Source: Macrostomum hystrix (taxonomy: Eukaryota > Animalia > Platyhelminthes). From it: 64,000 nucleotides of DNA. Below the pieces are notes generated by a model, which had not been told where the DNA came from, searched no databases, and worked only from the letters and a program-made list of their open reading frames with translations. Below are positions 11,307 to 24,261 of this stretch, one piece after another (position 1 is the stretch's first letter; every line of letters starts with the position of its first letter). Location of the stretch: NCBI GenBank assembly GCA_950097015.1, contig CATNEN010000041.1, forward strand, positions 2,418,001-2,482,000. The letters are read 5' to 3'. A program made the translations under genes and the position numbers.

Positions 11307-12848
11307 ATGCCCGGTCGGTCATTGGGTGTTCGGCCGCGTCAAAGCTCCGCCCGCCTCCTCGCTGGACCCGCGCCACGCAAGGGAGGGGAAAATGGCGAGA
11401 GCGGGTGGGATCCTCTGAGCAGCCCGCGGCACCTCATGACAAGCCTGGCAGTGCGGATGCAGGACAGGCCCAGGTGAGTTCTCTTGCTTTCCAGGAAAAA
11501 GCAGCAGAGCAATGAAAGCCGGCTGAATAATGCAGGACCACCGGCTGCAAACACGGCTGCGGCTTCATCTTCAACAGACTCAGAATAGAAGGCTGTTGCT
11601 GGGTGGCCGGGCAACTGTTCTGCCCAGCGAGCCGTCAAATCTTAATTGAATCAACAAGCCCTTCTTACTGAACTCTCTCGGGTGGCACTGATCAAACAGT
11701 CCGGCACAGAAAGTTTCCCTGAAAACAGCGTCCTGGAGAAAGTTCCCTGGAAGGGCCTCAGGACTGCTAAAGTACAAGGACGCAATAATATCGATCTGTG
11801 GTCTTTGTGCCAAAGGCTGCTGACAGTTTTCAGTTTTCAGCTTTCAGCAGGGCAATCTTTCGGCCGTGAACTCATTTTTGGCTGCCGCTTTTTTGGGCGT
11901 GACTGAAGAACCCGACAATGAGACAGTCTGTTCTTTGATGCTTGAACATTTTTTTTTAGATGAAGGTTGAGTAGCACTCGCAGTCAGCTCATAACAAGAT
12001 TCCCTGCCTCCGCAGAAGTGGCATCACACAAGCGGCAGCCTCACGCCCGACTTTCGTTGGCGGCGCCGCGGCCGGCAACGACTTTCCCGATGACGGAGGC
12101 GTCGGTGGAGCTCGCCCGACGTCCAGGGAGCGACGCCGAGAGAGGCGGCTCCTGGCCGCCAGTCAGCTGGGCGACTCGGCGGACTGCGGCGGCGGCAGGC
12201 AGCAGCAGCAGCTGAGGCAGATGCGCCGCCTGCAGCAGCAGCAGCAGCAGCAGCAGCAACCGCCGGGTCAGCATTCGGAGGCCGCATCGGAGCTCGAAGT
12301 TCGAACGACTCAGTCGCTTATCCTGCCGAGAGGCCGAGCTGGCGAGCTCGACACCCTGCGGCCTTCAGGAAAAGCGCAGCTTGCGCCCTGCATCTCCACT
12401 GTGGGCAGAACTGGTGAGCCAGCTGACCCACTGCTGACCCACTGCTGACCCACTGCAACACACTGCTGACCCACTGCTGACCCACTGCTGACACACTGCT
12501 GACCCACTGCTGACCCACTGCTGACCCACTGCAACACACTGCTGACCCACTGCTGACCCACTGCTGACCCACTGCTGACCCACTGCTGACCCACTGCTGA
12601 CACACTGCTGACCCACTGCTGACCCACTGCTGACACACTCTAACCCAGCTACAATGCTGACAAAGCTCGACTGCTGACACTTATCTAATGATAAATATAA
12701 AACTATCTGAATCCATAAAAGTACACGATTACTTATCATTTGCAGCCGCGGAGAGCGGATCGGCCTTCTCAATTGCCAGCCTGCTGCCACCAGCTGCGGC
12801 TTCTCAAATTCAGCAGCAGCAAGTTGTTCTTGAGTCGCCTCAACTGCA

Positions 12849-12891
<43 letters not shown>

Positions 12892-13224
12892 CGGCAGTCC
12901 ATGGGTCGCAAAATTCCCGGATTTGCGGCAGCGTCTGGGGCGACGCCAACTCAACAGAGGCGAGCCGCTGGTGTGGCGGCTGCCGTCGCAGGCAGATCCT
13001 CGATCTCCTCAGAGCCGTCGCCTCAAGTGCCGCCGACTGCGCCGACACTGCCTGACTCGGCGAACTACCAGTACCCAGACCCCGGAGCTTCGGCCTCCGC
13101 TCCCGTCTTCTTTGCTCAACGGCTGGCTGAAATGGCCCTCCTGGTGGCCGAGACCGTCCGCTACGAGAGGCTTCGGCCGCCGCTCAGGGCCACCCGGCGA
13201 CCTCCGCCGCCTCAACTGAAGTGA
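11307..13224 (+). CDS. Q-rich low-complexity orphan protein (about 347 aa); exons 11307..11473, 12016..12413, 12746..13224
   Basis: Strong donors gtgagt (11474) and gtgagc (12414), pyrimidine acceptors, phases 2 and 1 compatible, open to TGA at 13224. It has poly-Q tracts and an FSIASLL motif. The start codon is uncertain. Confidence 0.5.
12420..12638. repeat. 11-bp minisatellite (GCTGACCCACT) starting just after a donor
   Basis: About 19 units. Confidence 0.9.
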
Positions 13225-13322
13225 GCCGCCCCGCTGCCACCGCCCTGACTTTCCGGACACCGAATCACTATTCGAATGTACTTTAAAATAACCCATTCCG
13301 ATATATTGAACTATTTGCAGAA

Positions 13323-13522
13323 GCAAGACCACGGGGGCATTTCAAACACCCACAGTTTTCTTTTTACTGTACCTCTTAAACTATTCAACCAATCGCCGTG
13401 AAAATCTTGAACTTTTCCGCTCTATCCGATGAAGCAGTTTCCAGACTCACAAAAGTCTGGAAATCTGGGTGTCCGGTGGCAAGAACCACAAATATAGGCA
13501 CATTATTGAAAATACCCTCTTT
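13323..13522. mobile_element. Short copy of a dispersed, probably non-autonomous DNA-transposon (MITE-like) element
   Basis: 13381-13495 aligns by eye with 57537-57680. CCACGGGGGCATTTCAAACACCCAC (13329-13353) matches the reverse complement of 59664-59688 at 23/25. Confidence 0.45.
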
Positions 13523-13933
13523 CTACTGTTAGACTATCCTTGTTTATCCTGCTCTTCCCGCCATCGCATCCCGGGAGAATAATATCCCTACTTCGCTACA
13601 GCAACCCAGACATGCAGCAGAAATCTTTAATTAAATATAATATTTAGCAACTCGCTAGCAACTCGCTTCCTCACTACTCGCTACTGACAGTGAGTAGTGC
13701 TGGCAGCGCATGTAACCCGGACTCACAGCTGAGAATTGTGTCGTCTCAAGTGTACTCGGAGTGTGCCTGCCCCTCTGTCTGGGTGCGTGCGGCTCCACCC
13801 CCGCCATGCAAATCGATTAGACAAAGCGGGGCGGGGCTGCAAAAGTGCACCCGGCTGAGACAGTCTGAGCTGCTGTGTGTGGAACAGTGTGTGTGAGAGA
13901 CTGGTAAACAAGGCATGACCGGCAGGGGAAGAG

Positions 13934-14134
13934 ATGCAGGGAAGTGAGATGCTCAGTTGGTTGCTTGGGAGGCCAGTTGTGCGGCCCGGGCCCACCCCTG
14001 AGCCAGTTGCGGCTCCTTCAACACTTGGCAAAGGCAAGAAAATTATTCGCCAAATAAAAAAATCTGCGGTTTCTGCGGCCCGCCGCCCGTCGCGGCTCGG
14101 AGCTCGAACTTGGCCTGCTCGAGACCAGACGGAG
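13934..14134 (+). CDS. Possible first coding exon of an unresolved gene (basic, KGKKIIRQIKK)
   Basis: ATG-open frame ends at GAG|gtgcgc. The downstream exons could not be joined convincingly. Confidence 0.2.
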
Positions 14135-14767
14135 GTGCGCATTGGGACATGCGCACTCCAGCCCGCTGTAGCATAAACTCAGGTAACTGAGGTGAACTTG
14201 CGTCTGCCCGCCTCCGTGCCCCCCGACTGTATTGCGCAGTTCTGCAGCCCTGGCGCAGGCCGGCCCGCCGTCAGTGACGACACACGGACGGGTGGGCAGA
14301 CAAAACAATGTGAGACAAATAGTGAATAGATCCGAGTATGAATAAGAGATGCATAATAAAACTGTTAAAAGTGCATCGCCTGAACTGCGTCGCAATGCCA
14401 ACCGAATGCCGGCAATGGCTGCAGCGCATTGCTGACAGCAGTTGCGACAGTCGGCCGACTGACAAAAAGCAGAGGCATCTCTAATGAGCCTCGCGAGATA
14501 GTTGGGCAGACAGGCGCTTCCTGAACTGCCGCGCCTGTTGCAGCTAACAGGCATGTTTGGAGTCCGGCTGGTACAAGATGTCTCAGGTGAGAAATTATTC
14601 TGCTCCAAACTACCATAAAAGTTGGAAAATGTGAATGGGCCGAGGTGGCGCCGTGACAGACAATGGCCGGAATGTCACATCACACTCTTAGCAGGCACTC
14701 ATTAATCAGATGCAGGTTGAAATACTGTGTGCGTGGGCTGGACAGTTCAGTGGAAGCCACTCTGGAA

Positions 14768-14769
<2 letters not shown>

Positions 14770-14823
<54 letters not shown>
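14770..14823. repeat. (GCT)n microsatellite
   Basis: About 17 perfect triplets. Confidence 0.95.
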
Positions 14824-15296
14824 GCCACAATTGACTAATAGCCAGTCTTGGTGAGGTCTGAGCAATAAATAGCAGAGATAATGACGAACAATAAAATACT
14901 ACAGCCCAGCCAGTGCTTAGCGGCCAAGCCTTGCGTGGCCAAATTTACTCTGCTAGCTGCTTTGACTAGGAAAAAGATCAAAAGCGAGCCGCAGCCGGTA
15001 GCATTGTATAGGCGCGTACTCTGTGCTTGCCTAGCTGATGCAAGCGGGGATCTGGGATCTGGAGATGAGATGCTAAACTTGTCATGAGCATTTCTGTCTG
15101 GAACAGCTCAGTGCCACACTTGGAATGAGGTGTGAGCATTTCTGTCCGGGCTGTAGCTGGCTAGCTCGTATAATTAGGGAGTGCAAAGGTGTCACTTGTA
15201 ACTCAGCAAGTGAATTAGGAGTTTACATAACGAGACATCTCGTGAGAGAGGCAACTCAGAGCAAACTTGCAGGGCTGACCTTGGAAATTTCTCGGA

Positions 15297-15978
15297 GAGA
15301 TGAGGAAGGAAGATGGGGTGGAGATGAGGAAGGAATATGAGGAAGGAAGATGAGGTGGAGATGAGGTAGAGATGAGGAAGGAAGATGGGGTGGAGATGGG
15401 GAAGGAAGATGAGGTGGAGATGGGGAAGTAAGATGAGGAAGGAAGATGGGGTGGAGATGAGGAAGGAATATGAGGAAGGAAGATGAGGTGGAGATGAGGT
15501 AGAGATGAGGAAGGAAGATGGGGTGGAGATGAGGTAGAGATGAGGAAGGAAGATGAGGTGGAGATGAGGTAGAGATGAGGAAGGAAGATGAGGTGGAGAT
15601 GAGGTAGAGATGAGGAAGGAAGATGGGGTGGAGATGAGGAAGGAATATGAGGAAGGAAGATGAGGTGGAGATGAGGTAGAGATGAGGAAGGAAGATGGGG
15701 TGGAGATGGGGAAGGAATATGAGGAAGGAAGATGAGGTGGAGATGAGGTAGAGATGGGGAAGGAAGATGAGGTGGAGATGAGGAAGGAAGATGAGGTGGA
15801 GATGGGGAAGGAAGATGGGGTGGAGATGGGGAAGGAAGATGAGGTGGAGATGGGGAAGGAAGATGAGGTGGAGATGGGGAAGGAAGATGGGGTGGAGATG
15901 GGGAAGGAAGATGGGGTGGAGATGGGGAAGGAAGATGGGGTGGAGATGAGGAAGGAAGATGAGGTGGAGATGGGAGAG
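15297..15978. repeat. Purine-rich 24-bp-based minisatellite (GAGGAAGGAAGATGAGGTGGAGAT)
   Basis: Read directly; polypurine/polypyrimidine strand asymmetry. Confidence 0.95.
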
Positions 15979-17052
15979 TAGATGGAGTTGATCTGGGTAT
16001 CAGGCAGGTGGACTGGAGCGGTATTGTGTGATGAGGCAGAGCTGTAGGCAGCTGCAATGCGGTCGTTAGCACCTAAAAGGTTCATTACGCACTTTTGCGG
16101 CAGTGCAAAGGGATGAAAGTGAGCAGGTGCAGTGGGCGGCCGCCACTGATGGCTAAGGAACATCAGGCAAAGACTGCATATGCCGTGCCTCTCATTCTCT
16201 ATTGCCTTGTAATGCAGGGCTGCAGCCTCAATCGGCCTTCTATTTAAATAAATAGTGGAAATTTAAACGACAAGCAAACAGAGTGCTCGGAGCCCCCCGC
16301 TGGGCAGGGCGGCTGAAGCAAAAAATGATGCAAAACGCTCTCACGCTTGTGAAATGAAATGCCTGGGGCAAACTTTGAACAATGCAAGTGAGAACAGACA
16401 CAATAGAAACATTGCTGTCGACATAGGCGCATGCGGTAGGGTTGGGATCTGGGATCTGGGAGAAAACAGGTCCGAGTCTCATTGGCCATCTGAAGCAGAT
16501 TACGGTACTGAAACGAACTGGCGCAATATTTATGCTTTTTAAAAATATCTTTCAATGCTAATCAACAAGAACGAATGGGATTTGGGATTCAATCAGCGAC
16601 TGAACAAAACTGGCTGGGAACTCTGCAGGCAGACATGAAAGCGTGTGTCACGGGCGCTTGGCCCGCTCATGAGTGTCAGTGAAGCTGTTGGGATAAATAT
16701 CCTCAGGTGTAAGTCTGCCCGTTGGTATTTTGCTTGCCTGCCCCCCAGACAGTGAGCAGGTATCAAAAGTGCGAGCGACCGGTGCGGATGATACAGAGCA
16801 AGCAGCAGTTAATAGTTGTGTTGCACAGACCGGGACAGAAAGACAAAATTGGGAGTCGGCCAACAGAGAGAAACGGATTAACAGAGACCGTTCTGTCACG
16901 TCTATGCGCCTATGGTTAATACGAGCTGACAGACTTGGAGTCCGCGGGTTCAGCTGAGCGATCCTGGAACCTGCTGGCAGCTGCTGGTGGATGAGCTGAT
17001 GGGCCAGTTGCACTGGCGGTAGCGAGCGAATGGGAGATGCGGAGGCTGCGGC

Positions 17053-18989
17053 TCAGCCTCGGATGTCCAGGCAGTTGCTCATTGGCGCGTCCCTGTTGGG
17101 AATTCGAGGAACCACGGTTGAGAACTTGTTTCCATGGAGACCGAACATGGGCGGCCGGGACAGGGACGCCAGCAGCTCCGACTGGTTCACGCTGGAGCTC
17201 ATGCTGTAGTTACCGGAGTCCTCCGGCCGGCTCGCGTGCGCCGATGCGCCCGACGGTCTGGCATCAGACGCTCCGTTTCGAGGCTGTGATGGGTTGCAGA
17301 GGAGAGGCAGGTGAGTTCACTGTCTCAGAGCTCCCAGACTGAGTCTGAGATGGGTGGCAGGGGACAGGCGGGTGAGTTCACTGTCTCAGAGCTCCCAGAC
17401 TGAGTCTGAGATGGGTGGCAGGGGACAGGCGGGTGAGTTCACTGTCTCAGAGCTCCCATACTGAGTCTGAGATGGGTGGCAGGGGACAGGCGGGTGAGTT
17501 CACTGTCTCAGAGCTCCCAGACTGAGTCTGAGATGGGTGGCAGGGGACAGGCGGGTGAGTTCACTGTCTCAGAGCTCCCAGACTGAGTCTGAGATGGGTG
17601 GCAGGGGACAGGCGGGTGAGTTCACTGTCTCAGAGCTCCCATACTGAGTCTGAGATGGGTGGCAGGGGACAGGCGGGTGAGTTCACTGTCTCAGAGCTCC
17701 CAGACTGAGTCTGAGATGGGTGGCAGGGGACAGGCGGGTGAGTTCACTGTCTCAGAGCTCCCAGACTGAGTCTGAGATGGGTGGCAGGGGACAGGCGGGT
17801 GAGTTCACTGTCTCAGAGCTCCCAGACTGAAATAGTTAAAGATCGCTGAGAGCAGTGACTCGCAATGCCCTTCATTATCCAGCGCAAATTTTTGCCCAAC
17901 CGAGCTATGCGCAGCCTGCTCAAGCAGAAGTCTGCGACGCCCCAGCCGCTGCTCGCGCACAGTCCGGACCCCGCCTAGGGAACAACTGCCCCCCGCCCTG
18001 CCCGCCACTCGCCAAGCCGGCCCAAAAATGCACCTGCGAGCTGCGGCGGCAGCTCCGGGCAGCCGCGGATCTGCTTCCTTCCGGACCTTGCCGTGAGGCG
18101 GCAACAGGAGGGTCTGGCAGGACTGTATTGTGCGTCTGTCCTATAAGAAATAGTAAATTATCCCAGCCTCGCTGTGTGCCATTGGGAAACAGGCTGAGAC
18201 ACTGCAGATCTGGGGTCTCGTGCCAGAAACTATTTAACTCGATTTATAAGAAAAATAGTTCAACACTGTGCATGGGTCAGGGAAGCGAAGGGCTGAAAAC
18301 ACTTGAATAAAATAGATTGAATGGGTGACAGACAGCGAGTGCTAGACAGCGAGAGAAAGAGTGACAGACAAATAGAGTGACAGAGTGACAGACGAATAGA
18401 GTGACAGACGAATAGAGTGACAGAGTGACAGACAAAGTCTGGTGAATTCGGAAATAAAAATGCGTTTCAATCTAGGGTGAAAGGCGAGCTTGGTCAGGAT
18501 GGCTCACCTGGGCCATGATGCAGCCGGAGTCCTCCTTGAACTCGCGTCGGCGCCGCCCCTGACCGGGTCGGACCAGCACTGGCGGCAGCTCCGGGGTCTT
18601 CATCGGCAGCACACCGTGGCACCTCGGACAGCGGTCCCGCTTCAGCTTCATGCGCGAGTTGGCGGGCCTGCCCGAGCCTGCCGAGTGGTGCCGGCGGCGC
18701 CTCTCGTGTCCGGCGGACGCGGCTGACGCCTGCGCGGTTGCCGACGCCGACGAGTTCGGCGACTCGGCGCGGAACAGTGAGAGAAAGGCGGACATGACGG
18801 ACCGGGAGCGGCGCTGCTGTTGCTGGCCCGGCAGACTGTCAGTCTGAACCGGCTGGGCCGTTGGCTCGGCTGCCTCGGCCTCGTCCTTGGCCGGTGAAAG
18901 ACACTGGAACAGCCGGTGGCTCATGCTGCCTTGGCTGCGCTCTCTGGATTCGGCCTGCCTGAACTTTTTCCAGGCTGCAACTTCTGCTT
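17053..18989 (-). CDS. Last two exons of an uncharacterised protein; complement 18508..18989 and 17053..17283
   Basis: Minus-strand acceptor cttctag|18989, donor 18508|gtgagc (phase 0), acceptor atcacag|17283, TGA at 17053-17055. Contains KRDRCPRCHGVLP and ends CLDIRG*. Upstream exons are unresolved. Confidence 0.6.
17284..17829. repeat. 61-bp minisatellite whose terminal, diverged copy is the minus-strand 3' splice site
   Basis: About 8.5 units of GAGATGGGTGGCAGGGGACAGGCGGGTGAGTTCACTGTCTCAGAGCTCCCAGACTGAGTCT. Confidence 0.95.
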
Positions 18990-20844
18990 CTAGAAGAGTT
19001 ACAAGGAATGGGGTATTTAGTTGTTCAGTCGAGGTCTCTAACCGCAAGGCAGGGCAGGGGGATCAGGAACTGACAGAACAAGCCTGAGAGTTGGGGAAAC
19101 TTGCCCGGTCTGCTTGCTGGCCTGAATTTATAGTCGCGGTTTCAGTTAGCAAAGGGCCGAGGAGAAAGAGAGACAGGCCAGTGTAGAATTTTTCTGGGGG
19201 TGGGCGGCGTCTGGAGGCCAGCGGGGTGGGCGGCTGCCGGCTGGGGTGGGCGCGTGCCTGCGTTTTAGCTTTCTTCCGTTTATTTGACCGGGCTTTGGTG
19301 GCGGGGGAAGAGAAGCCAGAGTCAGACAGACAAGGGCAGAGCTGCGAAGATTGGGTTGCAATGCCGGACTGGGGACGAGGGGGCACGCGGGCGGGGGTGT
19401 CCGCAGACGGCTGGCAGGGCAGGAAGGAAAGAAAGTACTTCAAAGCGAAACAGAGAAGTGTGTGGGCCTGGGGCTCTGGCGGGCTCTAAGGCTGCAGGAC
19501 GAGTGCCAGTCGGCGTTGCTTTCTGAACTGGCCAGGGCGCGGGCCCGGCCTGGCTGTGAGGTCCGGCAGCCAGACTGCCTGAGGATTTAGGGGAAGGGAA
19601 GATGGCGGGCTAAAAAGAGATGATGGAGAAACTGCGAGAGACTGGGCTTGCCAATCCAAAGTACATCCGCGCACTGCTTCTCCCAGTCAGTCAGTCTATT
19701 TTTTATCAGCCCCCCAGCCTCCGCCGCATCCCCTCAGCTCAGCGGACTTGTCCCCGGCGGGGTCGCCTCGTCTGGCCCGAGTATGAGACGAGGACAGACA
19801 GGAGGGGGCGGGCGGTGCGGAAGCGACCGGGGAAGCCTGGCTCAGACCAGACTGCCGACTCAGCTCCTTTTCCATCGTTGCTGGGAGCCCTGGGCGCAGG
19901 ATTTCCCTCCCGGTTCCCCACTTGATCCCCTCAGCCTCACCAACAGCATCATCATCTTATCCTCCTCTGTCTGTCTGTCCCTAAAACTGTCTAAGATTGC
20001 AGACTGTCCTGATCCCCGCTAGCTTTTTGATCCCACTCAGTCGCTGGGTAATGATTTTGTCTCCAACGAACAGAGCTGAGTGGGCGGGCCGAGCACAGGA
20101 TTTGCCGCCTTGTTAGTTATTTATCCCTACTGCTGCTGCAGACCAAAACAGTCTAAGGGGGCAGGGGAGCGGATACGGCCAGCTGTTTATTGAGTGTGGC
20201 TAAACAGGCAGGCAGGCAGGCAGGTAGTGTCTGGGCTTATAGTAGGTTACGCTAGCCCAGCGTGGCCACGCGTCTAGTACGTGCGGCCCTCCAGTCTGTC
20301 TGGCCGGCCTGCCCCTCCGCGCTTCTTCAGGCCCTCCTTCCTCAAAGTCCGTGCGGCCCAAGGTCGCAACTGCGTGCCTTGCGGGACAGGAACTGACTAC
20401 GGGACAGCGGGAGAGGGAAGTCCAGGAGTGCTTGGGTGCGGGTAACTGGGTGAGTTAGCAACTCCCCTGTCTGGGTTGAAGGAGGCCCGAGGGCAGAGGG
20501 GCTGCTTTCTTGTTGCCTGAATCTGGATCGAAAGTAGAAGCATTTGCGCTGCAACTGCTGCATAGGGCCTGCCTACCTGGCTCTGCACAGGTGAACTACT
20601 TGTGGGAAGAAAATAGGGGAGCGCAGCGCAGACACTCATCCAGACTGTCAGATCAGATCCCCGCCTGTGTGGGAGAAGCCGCCATCGATTGGAATTAGGG
20701 AGTCTGAGAGAGACGAGAGTTGGCGCGGTTATTTGGGACTTGGGACACACGGCTGAGTGACGCACCCTCTGAGTGACTGGACTGGGTGGCCAGTAGCACC
20801 ACATGAAGGTCGAACTGAGTTCTGCCAGTCCGTGTGACTGACAT

Positions 20845-21510
20845 CTGACTGTCTGGCTGAGCTGACAGACTCACTGTCTGGCTGAGCTGACAGACTCACT
20901 GTCTGGCTGAGCTGACAGACTCACTGTCTGGCTGAGCTGACAGACTCACTGTCTGGCTGAGCTGACAGACTCACTGTCTGTCTGGCTGAGCTGACAGACT
21001 CACTGTCTGGCTGAGCTGGCAGACTCACTGACTGTCTGGCTGAGCTGACAGACTCACTGACTGTCTGGGTGAGCTGGCAGACTCACTGACTGTCTGGCTG
21101 AGCTGACAGACTCACTGTCTGGCTGAGCTGGCAGACTCACTGTCTGGCTGAGCTGACAGACTCACTGTCTGTCTGGCTGAGCTGGCAGACTCACTGTCTG
21201 GCTGAGCTGACAGACTCACTGACTGTCTGGGTGAGCTGGCAGACTCACTGACTGTCTGGCTGAGCTGACAGACTCACTGACTGTCTGGCTGAGCTGGCAG
21301 ACTCACTGTCTGTCTGGCTGAGCTGGCAGACTCACTGTCTGGCTGAGCTGACAGACTCACTGACTGTCTGGGTGAGCTGGCAGACTCACTGTCTGTCTAG
21401 GTGAGCTGACAGACTCACTGACTGTCTGGGTGAGCTGACAGACTCACTGACTGTCTGGGTGAGCTGGCAGACTCACTGACTGTCTGGGTGAGCTGGCCGA
21501 CTCACTGACA
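20845..21510. repeat. 25/29-bp minisatellite (GACTCACTGTCTGGCTGAGCTGACA)
   Basis: About 25 units with 4-bp insertion variants. Confidence 0.95.
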
Positions 21511-22549
21511 GGTTTTCTGACCCATTAGAGTGAGCAAGCCTGTCTAGCAGTGACTGCCAGCATGCAATTGTGCACCTGTAGTGCTGAAGCACACACCTGT
21601 GCGTTGCTGTCTGCCCCTCATGCATTTCACCCCCTGGCTCACGTGTTCCGTACCAGTTGACAGCAGTGAAATGACAAAATGTCAAGTTAAGCAAGCAATC
21701 AACAGGAAATCCGTTCAGTCTAGCATCATATTAGCTTCAGCACCGGGACTCAGCCTTCAACTCCTTAGATGGCTACTGCCCAGCCGCCCACAGATGCACA
21801 GTCAGGTAAACACGGCCCAGTTGTCTCTGGACTAAACAAAGACTGCACAGGACCAGCCGTCTGCTACAAATCTCGGCCCCACGCACTCTAGCTGGCCCAA
21901 TCCAATGCACCAAATTAAAAAAGACGAGCTGCCAGCCGGCGCGGATAAACAAGGCCGCGCTAATTTAATTTCGTCTTGAAACCAAAGCTGGGGTTGGCGC
22001 TAATGCAAATTCTGCATTAAACCCCCCAAGGACCTTACAAACCGCAGCCCTCACCCACCTCAAAGCTTGCGTTGAACTGCAGACACTTACTCAGCCCTGC
22101 GGTGGAGGCCTTACCTGGGGGGGCAGGCTCTGTCTGGGTCCTGTTCGCTGTGACTGCTTAGTTTCCATAGCCCAACACTCCCCTGCTGGCCCGGCAGTGC
22201 AAATCCAAGCAGAAGTACTAGCTAGAGATTGAAGATAAGCAATTTGTGCGAGAGTGGCGTGTTTATGCAGCGCCAGGTCTGTCTGCCACTATGCTTAAAG
22301 TGAGAGGTGTCGGCAGGAATTGCTACCCTGGCTCTTGTGGCAGCGCGGGCTGCTCGCGGCTAGATAGTCGTTCAAAAATATTTATTCTGAGATCAGAGCT
22401 TAATTGGCAGCCGTCTCTGTGACTGCCCCCCTGCCCGCCCAAGTCTGCTCCGCCCCCCGCCCCGGACTCCGCAATGATGAAGTGAGGCATATCTATTTCG
22501 AGAGTGCTCAGCAGCCGGGCCCAGACCATATTTCACATTTGTGAATCTC

Positions 22550-22591
<42 letters not shown>

Positions 22592-22700
22592 CGTCTCTTT
22601 GTGTGTGTCCTTTAGAGCAGTCTGCCCGCTCGAGTGAATCGGGGTGGCGAGCTGAGCTCTTTCCCCTAATGACTCATGACGCACGTCCGCGGCGAGACCC

Positions 22701-22734
<34 letters not shown>

Positions 22735-23097
22735 AGTAGGGCGAAGCAGGAAAGTGTGAGGAGAAAGACGACCAAGGGGAGGACAAGGAATAATGCGGAG
22801 GGGGTGGGTGTGCGCTAGACAACAGCAGGCCGGAGTCAGCAGACTGAAGCGCAGCAGCCAGACTGTCTCAATGGGCTCCCATTGCCTAGGAAAATTTTCA
22901 ACAAAAGGTTGCGCGCGGCAGCCCTCTATTTTGGCATCCCCCACCCTGTCTGCCGGCCTGTTCCCCTGCTGTGACATTGATCCGGCTGCGGCTGTGGTTA
23001 TTGGCCTTATTACCCTCCCGGCCCGGCAGACTTGCTTTTTTAAACAATGGGATTGGGGAGTTGGCAATGGCGGCTTCGTGACAAGAAATTGTCACGT

Positions 23098-23340
23098 ACA
23101 GACACCCGGGACAGACACCCGGGACAGACACCCGGGACAGACACCCGGGACAGAAACCCGGGACAGACACCCGGGACAGACGCCCGGGACAGACGCCCGG
23201 GACAGACACCCGGGACAGACACCCGGGACAGACGCCCGGGACAGACGCCCGGGACAGACACCCGGGACAGACACCCGGGACAGACACCCGGGACAGACAC
23301 CCGGGACAGACACCCGGGACAGACCCAGGGACAGACAGAT
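23098..23340. repeat. 13-bp minisatellite (GACACCCGGGACA)
   Basis: About 18 units. Confidence 0.95.
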
Positions 23341-24261
23341 ATTCTGGAATAAAGGAAGCAAAGCAGAAGGCAGCGAAGGTGTGATGCCAGGTAAATAAGA
23401 CGCGGATCTCAGTGAGACCGGTCATCCGGTTATTTATTTGAAGCTCTGAGGAGTTCGTGGGAAATTAATTCGAGATCGAGCGACTGCGCGCCCTTTTTAT
23501 CCCAGAGACAATCGACCTTCACATATCAGGTACAGAGCAGAGATAAGGACAGAGCAACTGTGAGTAGTATCGCATGCAAATTAGCTCAGGTATTTCGCTC
23601 GTGCTTGCAGTTGTGTCGCGAGCCCACTGCACACGATATAAAAAAGCTCTTTTGTTCCAAGTTTCGAATAAAGACCATGATTTAAATGTTTAAACTGTTC
23701 GAGTTCGAGTGGGAGCATACAGTAAACACGATGACTTATTGCAAAACTCATTTCAAGTCGTTCTCAAACCCCTTCTAAAAATATGTTCAACTTCGAGCTC
23801 TGTAACTATAGTTCCTCCGCGAGTCGACGCTTAAAAGTTTGCAAACTTTGAAATCGTACAGAGGGACTCAGCGAGGGCGGCAAGTAGGGATTAGCGCTGC
23901 AATGGCGACAGCTGATGGCTGCTGACTATAATGAACACCGAGTGAGGCATGGCGGCTCATGTTTGAGTAGTTTGGGGTGCAGAGGGCAGCCATGAAGTAA
24001 GCATTTTTGAAGTAACGAATTTCTAAACAAAGCCGCTGCCCTGTTATTGTCAGACTGTGCATCGAGTAGCGAAAACAGGCGAGGAGAAATAGAGAGACAA
24101 GGAAGAGGGAGATGAGGGAGAGGGAGAGAGATGGAAGGCGAAAGCCACTAAAAGAGAGAAGCAGAGGATGGATCAGGGGGGGCATTTTGTGAGTCGCAGA
24201 GTTGCGGTGCTCAGGAGGCGCCGCTGGCCTCAGCTGCACCTATGGTGCATTTCGCGGACTC

